64,000 bases of DNA from positions 128,001-192,000 of the forward strand of contig JACQID010000006.1 of the NCBI GenBank assembly GCA_016198685.1, given 5' to 3'. The stretch comes from Candidatus Aenigmatarchaeota archaeon. Its GTDB lineage: Archaea > Aenigmatarchaeota > Aenigmatarchaeia > GW2011-AR5. The notes beneath the pieces are model-generated. The model saw nothing but the letters and a program-made list of their open reading frames with translations. It ran no database searches and was not told the origin of the DNA. This document shows positions 49,489 to 58,191 of the stretch, in pieces; within the stretch, counting starts at the first letter, position 1, and each line of letters begins with the position of its first letter. The position numbers were made by a program, and so were the translations under genes.

Positions 49489-50307
49489 TCATTGCTGCAA
49501 GCTTTTCCAGATTTTTGATATACGAGTCTTGGCTTCTTCAATCTCTGCCGGATCGGCAGATGCAAATCTTCGTTGTATTGAGAAATAATTTTCAACGGCA
49601 ACTGAAGTGGGCAGGGAATTGATTTCCGTTTTGCCTGATGTTACCTCATAAAGCGGCCATGCTTTGCTTTCTACTGCAGTGCGAGCAATTTCGACAGAGA
49701 GCGATGTGTCAAAACCCCATTTATCAGGGCAAGGTGTCAAAACTTCTATGTATTTTGTGCCTGAAAGAGACACGGCCTTTTTCATCTTTTTTATAAAGTC
49801 CGATGGATGTGAAATCGAAGCTGTTGCAGCATAATCTGCGTAACGGGAAATCACTCTTGCAAGGCTTTCTGAATAGATGCCTGTTGATTGATTGTTATAG
49901 CAGACATAAATTATATTGCTCTTGGAACGCACCGCGTCCATGATGCTTTCAAGGTGTTCTGTTGTGGCTCCGTCGCCTGCATATACTATGACAAGGTCAG
50001 AAGTGTTTTTTGATATTGCCCGGGCAACTGCAGCAGCGTTTCTACCTGCACCGACAAAAGGCACGGAAACATAAGAATTGGGATATTTGGCAAGAAGGGC
50101 TATCTCGCCCGATGAATGAACAACTATGCCCTTTCCTACTGCATGCAGGGCTATTTTTAATGCAAGAAGCTCGCCGCATCCTATGCAGCCGTGATTGCCG
50201 GTAATGAAAGTTTTGCCATTTTCCAAGATTTCCTTCAATATAGGATCTATAGAAACTTTTTCTTCCGCGACTTCCTCAATTTCCATATCATCTTCCATAC
50301 ATATCAC
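49489..50307 (-). CDS. porB: 2-oxoacid:ferredoxin oxidoreductase beta subunit homolog (diverged)
   Basis: GCIGCGE, AGDG, LTPCP..WG retained; the YxNTG motif is eroded. Confidence 0.8.
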   Translation of the reverse strand: MICMEDDMEIEEVAEEKVSIDPILKEILENGKTFITGNHGCIGCGELLALKIALHAVGKGIVVHSSGEIALLAKYPNSYVSVPFVGAGRNAAAVARAISKNTSDLVIVYAGDGATTEHLESIMDAVRSKSNIIYVCYNNQSTGIYSESLARVISRYADYAATASISHPSDFIKKMKKAVSLSGTKYIEVLTPCPDKWGFDTSLSVEIARTAVESKAWPLYEVTSGKTEINSLPTSVAVENYFSIQRRFASADPAEIEEAKTRISKIWKSLQQ

Positions 50308-50735
50308 CCAAATTCCAAAAGACGTTCTAATAACTCTTGTTTCAGTTCTTTATATTTCTTAACAAGCTCAAGCACGCCCTCTTTGAGCTTGTCTTCCTGT
50401 CCTGATACAAAATACCATGTGGAATAATCCCCGAGCTTTTTTGGGAGCATGTAGCGTTTTATTCCCATGCCGCGTCTTGATGCAGTAAGGAATAGCTCGT
50501 TATGTTTGGGAAATTTATTCATCGAAGCTGCAGGCAGAGGACCGTTTTGTTTTATTTCGTCGACGAATGAATTAAGATTCCCCTCATCGGGTTTGCGCAG
50601 GCCGTTGACCCAATGGTAGCACGCAGAATAGGAAACTCCGAGTTGCCTCGCTATATCTTTTATTGCAATGCCCTGACCTGCCAATAAGACCGCTTTTTCG
50701 TAAAGCGCCGGATAAGCTTGCCTTCCTTGTCTCAT
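50304..50735 (-). CDS. HTH-domain protein inside the por cluster
   Basis: GIAIKDIARQLGVSYSACYHWV. Confidence 0.75.
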   Translation of the reverse strand: MRQGRQAYPALYEKAVLLAGQGIAIKDIARQLGVSYSACYHWVNGLRKPDEGNLNSFVDEIKQNGPLPAASMNKFPKHNELFLTASRRGMGIKRYMLPKKLGDYSTWYFVSGQEDKLKEGVLELVKKYKELKQELLERLLEFG

Positions 50736-50959
50736 TTTTTCCCTCTACTTCGCATAGCCAGAGTAACAAATACGACTATTATGCCGAATAATACCACGGC
50801 AAGCGGCTCTCCGTACTCTTCCGTATGCCCGAAGAATTTCATGACAAGGTGAACTGCCATGCCGAACAATTCTGTTCCTTGTGCATAGAGCAGAAGGTAA
50901 ATATTTATGAATACTATAAGAGCCACTGCCGCAAGCACATACTTCATCATATGACCCAA
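50732..50959 (-). CDS. small membrane protein
   Basis: Two hydrophobic helices; overlaps both neighbours. Confidence 0.6.
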   Translation of the reverse strand: MGHMMKYVLAAVALIVFINIYLLLYAQGTELFGMAVHLVMKFFGHTEEYGEPLAVVLFGIIVVFVTLAMRSRGKK

Positions 50960-51972
50960 TGAGTTTTCGCTTCTCCGGAAAGTCTGGCAAACATGTCTTC
51001 AAAGTCCTTTACCGAAGGCCTTTTCATGACAGTGAAATTCGCAGGAGTAGCAGCTTCCCTCTGCAGGGGCGTTTTGCCTCCTAGCGGAGCAGAAAAGTCA
51101 ACTGTAGCCGAGAATTTTGCCTTTGACAATATTTGACTGAGTTCGCTGTACGGGAACGGCCTGAACATGACGATTCTTGCTATTCCTGCCTTAAGGCCAC
51201 GCTCTCTTGCCTTGTCGGCGGCTTTTTTAGCCGTGGCAGAGTGTGAACCCATTGTGACTAATATCAAATCAGCGTCTTCGGTTCTGTAGGTATCTATCAT
51301 GCTGTAAGGTCTTCTGAATTTGGCATTCCATGTTTCAGAAGCTGATTTGTATACAGTAGCTGCGTTTTCCATTGCCTTGAAATGCTGCATCTTAAGAGCC
51401 GGATTCCATGAAGGGCCGCCAAGAGCTGCCGGCTTCTTCGAGTCTATTTTGTGGGGAAGAGATTGATGATTAAGAAATGCTGATATAACCTTGTCGCCAG
51501 GTATGCTTACATCTTCCATGAGTGAAGCATCGTCAAATTGCACAACTGACGGGAGAAGAACCTTGCGGTCTTCTGAAACCCTGCATGCCAGCATTGTCAT
51601 ATCCATCAGTTCCTGAAGATTTTCTGCAGAAAACATTATGCATCCTGTGTCTTCCAGTGAATAGAATGCCGAATGAAGTTCGCCGGGCATGGACTGTGCA
51701 TGGGAGTAGAGAACTGAAATTACCGGAAGTCTCATGGAAGCACAGGTTGAAATATCTCTGCTTTGCAGTTTGTCTGCATCAAGAATTGCAATAGTACGTC
51801 TTCCTGTCATGGACGCCCCTGATGCGGAAACCGACGGAGTGCGTGTTTGAAGATATGTTTGTGCATTCTCTCTGCAGAGCGGAGAATCTTCGGGCGTGAC
51901 GCATGCTTCTGCTTCTGAGAGTTTTGCCGCAAGAAGTGCTGCGGCTTTAGCAGAAATGAAATCGGATGGCAT
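50947..51972 (-). CDS. porA: POR alpha subunit homolog (degenerate)
   Basis: QELMD...RVSEDRKVLLP, YRTEDADLILVTMGS, RIVMFRPFP retained; the YPITP and catalytic Glu/Arg regions are lost. Confidence 0.8.
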   Translation of the reverse strand: MPSDFISAKAAALLAAKLSEAEACVTPEDSPLCRENAQTYLQTRTPSVSASGASMTGRRTIAILDADKLQSRDISTCASMRLPVISVLYSHAQSMPGELHSAFYSLEDTGCIMFSAENLQELMDMTMLACRVSEDRKVLLPSVVQFDDASLMEDVSIPGDKVISAFLNHQSLPHKIDSKKPAALGGPSWNPALKMQHFKAMENAATVYKSASETWNAKFRRPYSMIDTYRTEDADLILVTMGSHSATAKKAADKARERGLKAGIARIVMFRPFPYSELSQILSKAKFSATVDFSAPLGGKTPLQREAATPANFTVMKRPSVKDFEDMFARLSGEAKTHWVI

Positions 51973-52247
51973 TACTTATCCACCTTCTCCTCTGAGATAG
52001 CATTGAAAGGCGTTTCTCTCAAGCAAACGAGGCAGCCAGTGCATGCGGAATAATTTATTTTCATCTTGCCGTTTTCGATTGTTATCGCGTCATCAGGGCA
52101 GGCTATGGTGCCAGGATAAGGATCCAGCGCCCTCTTAGCGTCGACTTTCGGCACAACTGATTTCCATTTGCTCCTATCCAAGAATGCCGGCACGCAAACT
52201 GGCAGCATCTTCACGTCGTGCTTTATCTCTTCTTCTGAAATTATCAT
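51972..52247 (-). CDS. porD: POR delta (ferredoxin) subunit homolog (degenerate)
   Basis: WKSVVPKVD, CPDDAI, INYSACTGCLVCLRETP; several 4Fe-4S Cys are missing. Confidence 0.8.
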   Translation of the reverse strand: MIISEEEIKHDVKMLPVCVPAFLDRSKWKSVVPKVDAKRALDPYPGTIACPDDAITIENGKMKINYSACTGCLVCLRETPFNAISEEKVDK

Positions 52248-52257
52248 TAAATCACCT

Positions 52258-52737
52258 TTATTTCATGGCTTTATAGCCCGCTTCTATTGCGGAATAAGAA
52301 TCCTTCTTGCCTTCGGCTTCTACAGAGGCTTTTGCATTTTTCAATGGTATTTTGCCGAAAGCTTTCAGCGCGACACCGAGCATAACAGGCACTATGTCTT
52401 GACGTTTTATGGATTCCAGTGCTATGGAAGATGCGTCGACCTCTCCTGCTTTCTTAGGCTTTGAAGTATTTGTCATTACAACGGTTTCCTTTTTCGCTTT
52501 GATATCTGCTGTAGAATCAAGCAATATAAGAAAATCAGGCGCTTCGGGGATTTCTCTGCTTAGTATACCTTCTTTTTCCAGCCTTACATAATGAGAAGAA
52601 GGTGGGCCGTTTCTTTCAGGTGTGGAGTCACTAAAAGATTGGGAACGGAAGCCCGAGAGAAAACCGGCTCTTGCAAGAATGCGGGAGAGGGTTTCAGAGT
52701 CCTTTTTTCTTCTCCCCGTGACCTCGAAAGTAACCAT
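52258..52737 (-). CDS. porG: POR gamma subunit homolog (degenerate)
   Basis: RILARAGFLSG..SQSF, PERNGPP, VDASSIALE, N-like MLG; GRGGQG is replaced by GRRKKD. Confidence 0.78.
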   Translation of the reverse strand: MVTFEVTGRRKKDSETLSRILARAGFLSGFRSQSFSDSTPERNGPPSSHYVRLEKEGILSREIPEAPDFLILLDSTADIKAKKETVVMTNTSKPKKAGEVDASSIALESIKRQDIVPVMLGVALKAFGKIPLKNAKASVEAEGKKDSYSAIEAGYKAMK

Positions 52738-52847
52738 ATTACCACAATATGTGCTCAGTATAATATAAAGATGCTGAAAATCTCGCATTCCGTTGGGATG
52801 CGGGACATAAAAAATACTAATTTAGGCAAGTGATGATTTTTCTAAAA

Positions 52848-53141
52848 TCATGCCATGGCTTCCTCTGCAGGCTCCTCACGGTCAGCGCTGACAGGCGTTA
52901 CGTGCTTTATTATTATTATGTCACCCACCGATTTCACGATGGAATAAGGCACCACAACGCCCTTCTTGTCGCCGACGATTGAAGCGAGATGTGATCCCCT
53001 TACGGCATCCACGATGAGCGCCTTGACCTTGAAGCGGTCGAGGTCCAAACTTATATCTGTAACGCGCCCGTAGTAGACTCCTTTGTCAGTGAATACATCC
53101 TTTCTTGCAGTTTCCGAGAAATTGCATACATTCGCGACCAT
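52848..53141 (-). CDS. PRC-barrel domain protein
   Basis: DVFTDKGVYYGRVTDI...VVVPYSIVKSVGDIIII. Confidence 0.88.
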   Translation of the reverse strand: MVANVCNFSETARKDVFTDKGVYYGRVTDISLDLDRFKVKALIVDAVRGSHLASIVGDKKGVVVPYSIVKSVGDIIIIKHVTPVSADREEPAEEAMA

Positions 53142-53322
53142 TTTATCACTTCTATTTTTATGTTGCTCAAAGAATTTAAAACCCTGTTACAGCTTTTTCA
53201 TGCTTATCCTATATACATTATCTATTCATTGTCACACTAAATAGCAAGGCGGTTGGTATAAATGCTATTCCTAAAGCTCAAACGTGCTATTATAAAACTT
53301 TTGTCCTAAATAGGAATTGTAT

Positions 53323-53463
53323 GCTGGGATAGCCAAGTTTGGTCCACGGCGCAGATTGGTAACAACCAAGCGCAAGTTTGCTAAACCTGTGTGCGTTTCA
53401 GGCTTTGCGCGTGAAGCACGCAAGCCAGCGAAGCACTCGAGGGTTCAAATCCCTCTCCCAGCG
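53323..53463 (+). tRNA. tRNA-Ser(GCT) with two BHB introns (29/30, 21 nt; variable arm, 33 nt)
   Basis: GCTGGGA/TCCCAGC acceptor; removing 53355-53375 gives the anticodon arm CAGGT-TTGCTAA-ACCTG; removing 53400-53432 gives the variable arm GTGCG-TTT-CGCAC; T arm GAGGG-TTCAAAT-CCCTC. Confidence 0.93.
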
Positions 53464-53465
53464 TC

Positions 53466-53565
53466 GGGCCGGTAGTCTAGCGGCTTGTTGCCCGCTTTGC
53501 GGGCGCCTGTAAATGACGTCGCCTTTACACGGCGAAGGCCGGCGGTTCAAATCCGCCCCGGCCCA
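53466..53565 (+). tRNA. tRNA-Val(TAC) with a 27-nt D-loop intron
   Basis: GGGCCGG/CCGGCCC acceptor; anticodon arm TCGCC-TTTACAC-GGCGA; removing 53486-53512 yields the D arm GTCTAGCGGCTATGAC. Confidence 0.93.
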
Positions 53566-53595
53566 TTTTTATAAGATTTCAGAGCGTATATATTC

Positions 53596-53856
53596 ATGGC
53601 GATTTTTGAAGAGTATGCGCAGAAACTGGATTTTCGAGGGCTGATGATAACATCAGTTATAACGGCTCTCGGTATCACAGTAGGTCTTTTCTGGCAGGAT
53701 GCAATAAGCCAAACAATTAATCAACTGCTTCCGCAGGAGGAAGGTTTGTTTTACAAGTATGTGGCAGCCGTGGCAGTGACGATATTGTTGGGAGTGATTG
53801 CTTATGCTCTCATGAAGTGGCAGGAATCACAGATAAAAACAAAGATAACCCGCTAA
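53596..53856 (+). CDS. DUF5654-like small membrane protein
   Basis: ITSVITALGITVGLFWQDAI...YKYVAAVAVTILL. Confidence 0.75.
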   Translation: MAIFEEYAQKLDFRGLMITSVITALGITVGLFWQDAISQTINQLLPQEEGLFYKYVAAVAVTILLGVIAYALMKWQESQIKTKITR

Positions 53857-53897
53857 TGAAAGCATAAAAACCTTCCCTCGGAATGTAAACAGAGCGA

Positions 53898-53996
53898 GCT
53901 CCCGTCGTCTAGCCCGGCCATTTCCGGAGACTCCGGAAACCGTAAGGATAGAAGCCTTTCGAGCTTCGGACACGGGTTCAAATCCCGTCGGGAGCA
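53898..53996 (+). tRNA. tRNA-Glu(TTC) with a D-loop intron of about 24 nt
   Basis: GCTCCCG/CGGGAGC acceptor; anticodon arm GAAGC-CTTTCGA-GCTTC; hairpin insert TTTCCGGAG-A-CTCCGGAAA, best boundaries 53921-53944 (+/-1). Confidence 0.92.
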
Positions 53997-54020
53997 TTGG
54001 GAATTTCTGCGGAGAAGCTT

Positions 54021-54708
54021 ATGCTTCTCCGAGATATTGAAGGATTCTTCAACATAACCAAGGTTCTTTTTGAAAGCGGTGGATTTTTAAAACGCCCGGA
54101 GGGCCAGTATCCTTTGTGCAAATCCCGTAAGGAGCACATGAGGTTTGAGAACAGTTTTTATCCGTTTCGTTTCAATTCACTTCATGTTGTGGCTGCTCGC
54201 TCCCGCGTCGCTGCTGGTAGGCAGCGTTATATTCTTTCTTTTGGGTGGCGCGTCTGCAGTGGTCATATTCTTCATGATTTGGTTTGACAAGATTGTCCTT
54301 CGGAGCGTTACTCCATCGATACTTGGAATAGAACTGACCACAATTTCTACCATACTGATGGGAATTACGCTGGGGTCTGTCACTGCCTTTATACTTGCAA
54401 TTGTGGTCATGCCTATACTCGAAGGCGTGAAAATGCTGTTAGTACCGACGCCTTCAGAAGTTCCGCCTTTTATACCTACGCCTTATCATCTGCTTGACGG
54501 ACTTGTAGCCGCTGTCGCGCCGTTATTTGTATGGCTGCCTTTCTATGGAATAGTTGCCTTGCTGCTTGCCGGAAAATTAGCTCTGGATGCCGCCATAGAC
54601 ATTTTCGTATTTTCGAAGCCATTTGATGTGATATCAGGGGCCACGACGTTCATTTTCAACCTGATTATCAGCTGGCAATTCAGTATCTTCTTAGTGTCAC
54701 TTCTGTGA
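54021..54708 (+). CDS. integral membrane protein interrupted by a 40-nt hairpin (frameshift or mRNA intron)
   Basis: Frame 1 MLLRDIEGFFNITKVLFESGGFLKRPEG; the multi-TM frame (+1) opens only after TGA 54139-54141; removing 40 nt joins them. Confidence 0.6.
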
Positions 54709-54746
54709 TACGCCGAGGATTAAAATGTTTAAATACAAGTTTCCAG

Positions 54747-55346
54747 ATGAAAATACTTGCCGTTTCGGATTTGCATAACGATTTTCGCCAGGTAAAAAAG
54801 CTTGCCGAACAGGCGGAGAAAGAAAACGTCGATGCGGTCATAATATGCGGCGATATAACTTATTTCGATGAGTACATGGACGGCATGATAGGGCCATTTC
54901 TCAAGAAAAATAAACAGGTGCTTTTCATCCCAGGAAACCATGACAGCGAAGCAACGACGGATTTCATAACCAAGAAATATGGCATAAAGAACCTGCATGG
55001 GGAAGCGGTTACGATAGGAGATGTATCGATTTTTGGGGCGGGCTGGACTACAAATGTTGGCCCTACGTGCATATCGGAAAAGGATATGAAAAACTACCTT
55101 GAGCGCGGCTTTGAGAAGTCAGAAGAAGGAAAGCGCGTCATGATAACTCACATTCATCCGAAGGGGAGCAGGATAGAGAAAAAATTCAAGTTTCCTGGAA
55201 GCTCGTCGGTCGCAAAAGCAATTTACGAACTGAAGCCGGATGTGCATTTCTGCGGTCATATACACGAGGCCGAAGGCATGGAGGAATTCATGGGCAAGAC
55301 GCATGTTTTTTCTTTGGGCAAGCACGGACGTATAGTAGAGATTTGA
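54747..55346 (+). CDS. calcineurin-like metallophosphoesterase
   Basis: SDLH, CGDIT, PGNHD, THIHP, CGHIHE. Confidence 0.92.
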   Translation: MKILAVSDLHNDFRQVKKLAEQAEKENVDAVIICGDITYFDEYMDGMIGPFLKKNKQVLFIPGNHDSEATTDFITKKYGIKNLHGEAVTIGDVSIFGAGWTTNVGPTCISEKDMKNYLERGFEKSEEGKRVMITHIHPKGSRIEKKFKFPGSSSVAKAIYELKPDVHFCGHIHEAEGMEEFMGKTHVFSLGKHGRIVEI

Positions 55347-55351
55347 TATTC

Positions 55352-55456
55352 ATGGATTGTCCGCGATGCGTAACGTTCCTTGATCAAGAAGATGTTGCAG
55401 GAGCGAAGAAACGCTCCAAATGCCTTAGGTGCGGCTATTATTTTGACTGTTGCTAG
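55352..55456 (+). CDS. 34-aa CPxCG-like zinc-finger microprotein
   Basis: MDCPRCVTFLDQEDVAGAKKRSKCLRCGYYFDCC*. Confidence 0.6.
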   Translation: MDCPRCVTFLDQEDVAGAKKRSKCLRCGYYFDCC

Positions 55457-55512
55457 ATTCTTATTTAAGGCACAAGTTGCTTTAAAAATGTTCTGCTAAA
55501 TCTAATAAGCAA

Positions 55513-55628
55513 GCGGGGGTCGTGTAGCCTGGCCAATCACGCAAGGTTGAGGGCCTTGTTCCTTAGTGGATACGGGAGTTCAAATTGGATTTTCCTACGG
55601 GAAGACCATGAAATTCTCTCCCCCCGCA
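55513..55628 (+). tRNA. tRNA-Leu(GAG) with a 30-nt T-loop intron (59/60)
   Basis: GCGGGGG/CCCCCGC acceptor; CAAGG-TTGAGGG-CCTTG; BHB with TTCA/TGAA central helix; removing 55585-55614 restores TTCAAAT. Confidence 0.93.
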
Positions 55629-55721
55629 TATTTTTTTTCTTAATCGGTGTTTTGGAAGCAATGTATGATTGGCTTAAAATTCCGTATTTTAACCTTTACG
55701 AGTAATTATATAGTGTAGAAA

Positions 55722-57200
55722 ATGCGCATACGTCTCGAAACGTTCTTAGGTATTGCATTGTTATTACTTGTAGCGCCATCATATGCACAATTAGGCAGCC
55801 AGTATTTCTATTATTCGCCTAATGCATCGGATAGCGGCGTGGCAATTCATGACCAATTGATAGAGAGATTGCTTCCAGAAGCGGGAATTTTGTCCGATAA
55901 CGTTTTTTATCCTGCAAAAAGGCTTCTCGAAGACTTGCGGCTCCTGGTTACATTTGATGAGGAAAAAAGAATGTATTTGCATCTAGAATTTGCTGAAAGA
56001 AGGCTCCTTGAGGCAAAAGCCTTGGCAGAAAGAAACCAAACGGCAGAAGCGGTGGCCGCGTTGAACGATTACAAGAAAAGCATTGAAATATTCAGCGAAA
56101 GAGCGGCTGTAAAGAAAATACCGTTTCCTGTACGGAGCGAAATAAATTATGTCCAGCAGAGCGCCGCAAATCTGGAAACTAGACTCATCAGGCCTGAAAC
56201 GGCGCCTGAAGTTGAGAATGACGGCATATCACCTCCGGCAAATGACGTAAAGGAAAGTAGAGAGTCTCCAAGCATAACTCCGCCTAAAGGAGGGGGAGGT
56301 ATTATCATAATTGATGAGCCTGATGAAGAAGTTATCGAGCCTCCGAAAGGCGGCAGTAGTGGCGGAGGTGCGCCGCCTACCGAGCCGGATCCCATAGAAG
56401 AACCAATTACGCCGCCGGAGGATTCTCCTGCGCCAGAGATCACGCCTGAGCCAGTAGACGAGGCAATAGCTGTAACATTATTCAATACTGCCCAATGCAA
56501 AACAGTAGCTGGCAATGCCAGTCTGTTTAAAGATGGGGACTGGATGCTGCTTGTAACCGGCAATTTCGGCAATGAAATAAAGCCTGAATTTGTAACAGAG
56601 TGCCTGAAGATACTAGGCCCGGCAGGCAAGGACTTTAATTATGCCGTATATACAGGCAACATTGGCAAGCTTCAGAGGTTAGCAAGCATATTGGATAGCT
56701 CTGAGATTGACGCGATCGGGACAGTTTACGAACCGAGCGACTATGCTAACTTCAGCTGGGATTTCAACTTCACAATAGCTAACGCAAAAAATATCAGCAA
56801 GATAGCGCATGACGCAGGCTTTAAGAGCAGCATTTTGGTCACTGGAAGACCGTTGAGGGAGCGATCATTAGATAAATATGGTTGGGATTTCGGGCAGCTT
56901 GCTCATGACCTGGACACGATGATAATCCAGACACAGGGGGCCATACCCAGAGGAACGCTGGTCGCGGACATGAGATCACTCATAACGTACCGTAACAGAG
57001 CTGCTACGGAAGACAAGCCTGTGTTCTTGCAGATAACTGTATCGCCGCCCAATACCAACGCGAATGGAGTAGGATTGGATGACGCAAAAAACGCATACAC
57101 AAATATGCTCGCACAAGGCTTCCGGCCATCGATGTGGTGGACATCAACCGATGAAGGGAAGAGCCTTTTCATAAATCTTGTGAAATTTATCCGCAGTTAA
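55722..57200 (+). CDS. secreted protein: DUF5667-like domain, Pro/Glu linker, C-terminal globular (possibly TIM-barrel) domain
   Basis: Signal peptide; AGILSDNVFYPAKRLLEDLRL...LEFAERRLLEA; PPKGG/PEP linker. Confidence 0.75.
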   Translation: MRIRLETFLGIALLLLVAPSYAQLGSQYFYYSPNASDSGVAIHDQLIERLLPEAGILSDNVFYPAKRLLEDLRLLVTFDEEKRMYLHLEFAERRLLEAKALAERNQTAEAVAALNDYKKSIEIFSERAAVKKIPFPVRSEINYVQQSAANLETRLIRPETAPEVENDGISPPANDVKESRESPSITPPKGGGGIIIIDEPDEEVIEPPKGGSSGGGAPPTEPDPIEEPITPPEDSPAPEITPEPVDEAIAVTLFNTAQCKTVAGNASLFKDGDWMLLVTGNFGNEIKPEFVTECLKILGPAGKDFNYAVYTGNIGKLQRLASILDSSEIDAIGTVYEPSDYANFSWDFNFTIANAKNISKIAHDAGFKSSILVTGRPLRERSLDKYGWDFGQLAHDLDTMIIQTQGAIPRGTLVADMRSLITYRNRAATEDKPVFLQITVSPPNTNANGVGLDDAKNAYTNMLAQGFRPSMWWTSTDEGKSLFINLVKFIRS

Positions 57201-57203
57201 TCT

Positions 57204-58061
57204 TTACTTCAGCCAGAAAACTTTGTTAGTTCTGCCGTATTTTTCCTTTCGCACAAGCTCCTGTTCCTCGAGTTTCGAGACTATCCTTGTGGTTTTGGCC
57301 CTTGAAAAACCAAATTCTTCTTCAATTTCTTTCTGAAGAATCATTTTGTTGGCCTGAAGCCGCTCAAGAACCTTCTTCTCGTCGTTTCTGAAGCCGCGCA
57401 GGAACGCGTCCTTGACTTTGTTTCTGAAATGTGCAAAGAAGATTATAGCAACGACGCTGATAATAAGAAGGACTATGACTATTTCACTGCCTCCTATGGC
57501 GCTATATTTCACGGAAAATATAAGGGGCTCAGTAATATCCTGGCCTGACCATTCAAGCATTATTCTTTTGCCATCGGAGATTGTTCGGGCATCAGGCGGA
57601 AAATAGCCTTGACCATCTATCACATAGCCTACAGGAAGCGTAACTCTTATGTTCATATTACTAACGGCTTGTTCAAATGAGAAACTTGTGCTGAATTGGT
57701 TGGCCGATGAACTGCGAAATACCGTTTCCTTCGAAACGAAACGAATTGTGATGTCTTTTGTGGGACTCTCAAGAAAAATATTGACGGCATAAAGCCCATT
57801 AACTGCAGCCACCTCGTGCCGGAGTTTTTGCGAGCCATCAAGAACTTCCAAATCAGTAATATCATTATTCAGATTATATGTCAGATTAGGGCTAGTTATC
57901 TGTTCCCTGAAATAGAAATGCATTTCCTGAATAACGCTTCCGTCAGGCTGTACGTCCAGTAATACCGTAAGGTTCTCTATAGGATGCCCAGCTGCCCCTG
58001 AGGCGGTTGTACCAAGGACCGCTAACGCAAAAAAGAGGTAGATTCTGGATAAATTTTCCAT
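57204..58061 (-). CDS. membrane-anchored protein with an extracellular domain and a C-terminal winged HTH
   Basis: Signal peptide, TM IVIVLLIISVVAIIFF, then ILQKEIEEEFGFSRAKTTRIVSKLEEQELVRKEKYGRTNKV. Confidence 0.85.
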   Translation of the reverse strand: MENLSRIYLFFALAVLGTTASGAAGHPIENLTVLLDVQPDGSVIQEMHFYFREQITSPNLTYNLNNDITDLEVLDGSQKLRHEVAAVNGLYAVNIFLESPTKDITIRFVSKETVFRSSSANQFSTSFSFEQAVSNMNIRVTLPVGYVIDGQGYFPPDARTISDGKRIMLEWSGQDITEPLIFSVKYSAIGGSEIVIVLLIISVVAIIFFAHFRNKVKDAFLRGFRNDEKKVLERLQANKMILQKEIEEEFGFSRAKTTRIVSKLEEQELVRKEKYGRTNKVFWLK

Positions 58062-58109
58062 ATAGTAATTATTTAGGCTACTTATTTATTTCAAATCGTC
58101 TGCTGCTCT

Positions 58110-58166
58110 TGAAACGTTTCACAATTGTTTCACCACTGTTTCACCCCATTGTTTTGCACTTGAAAC
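58110..58166. promoter_or_regulatory. phased GTTTCA/TGAAAC operator array
   Basis: Palindrome TGAAACGTTTCA (58110-58121), GTTTCA again at 58127 and 58138 (11-bp spacing), TGAAAC at 58161. Confidence 0.6.
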
Positions 58167-58191
58167 GGACTATAATTAATCAGGTGAGACG

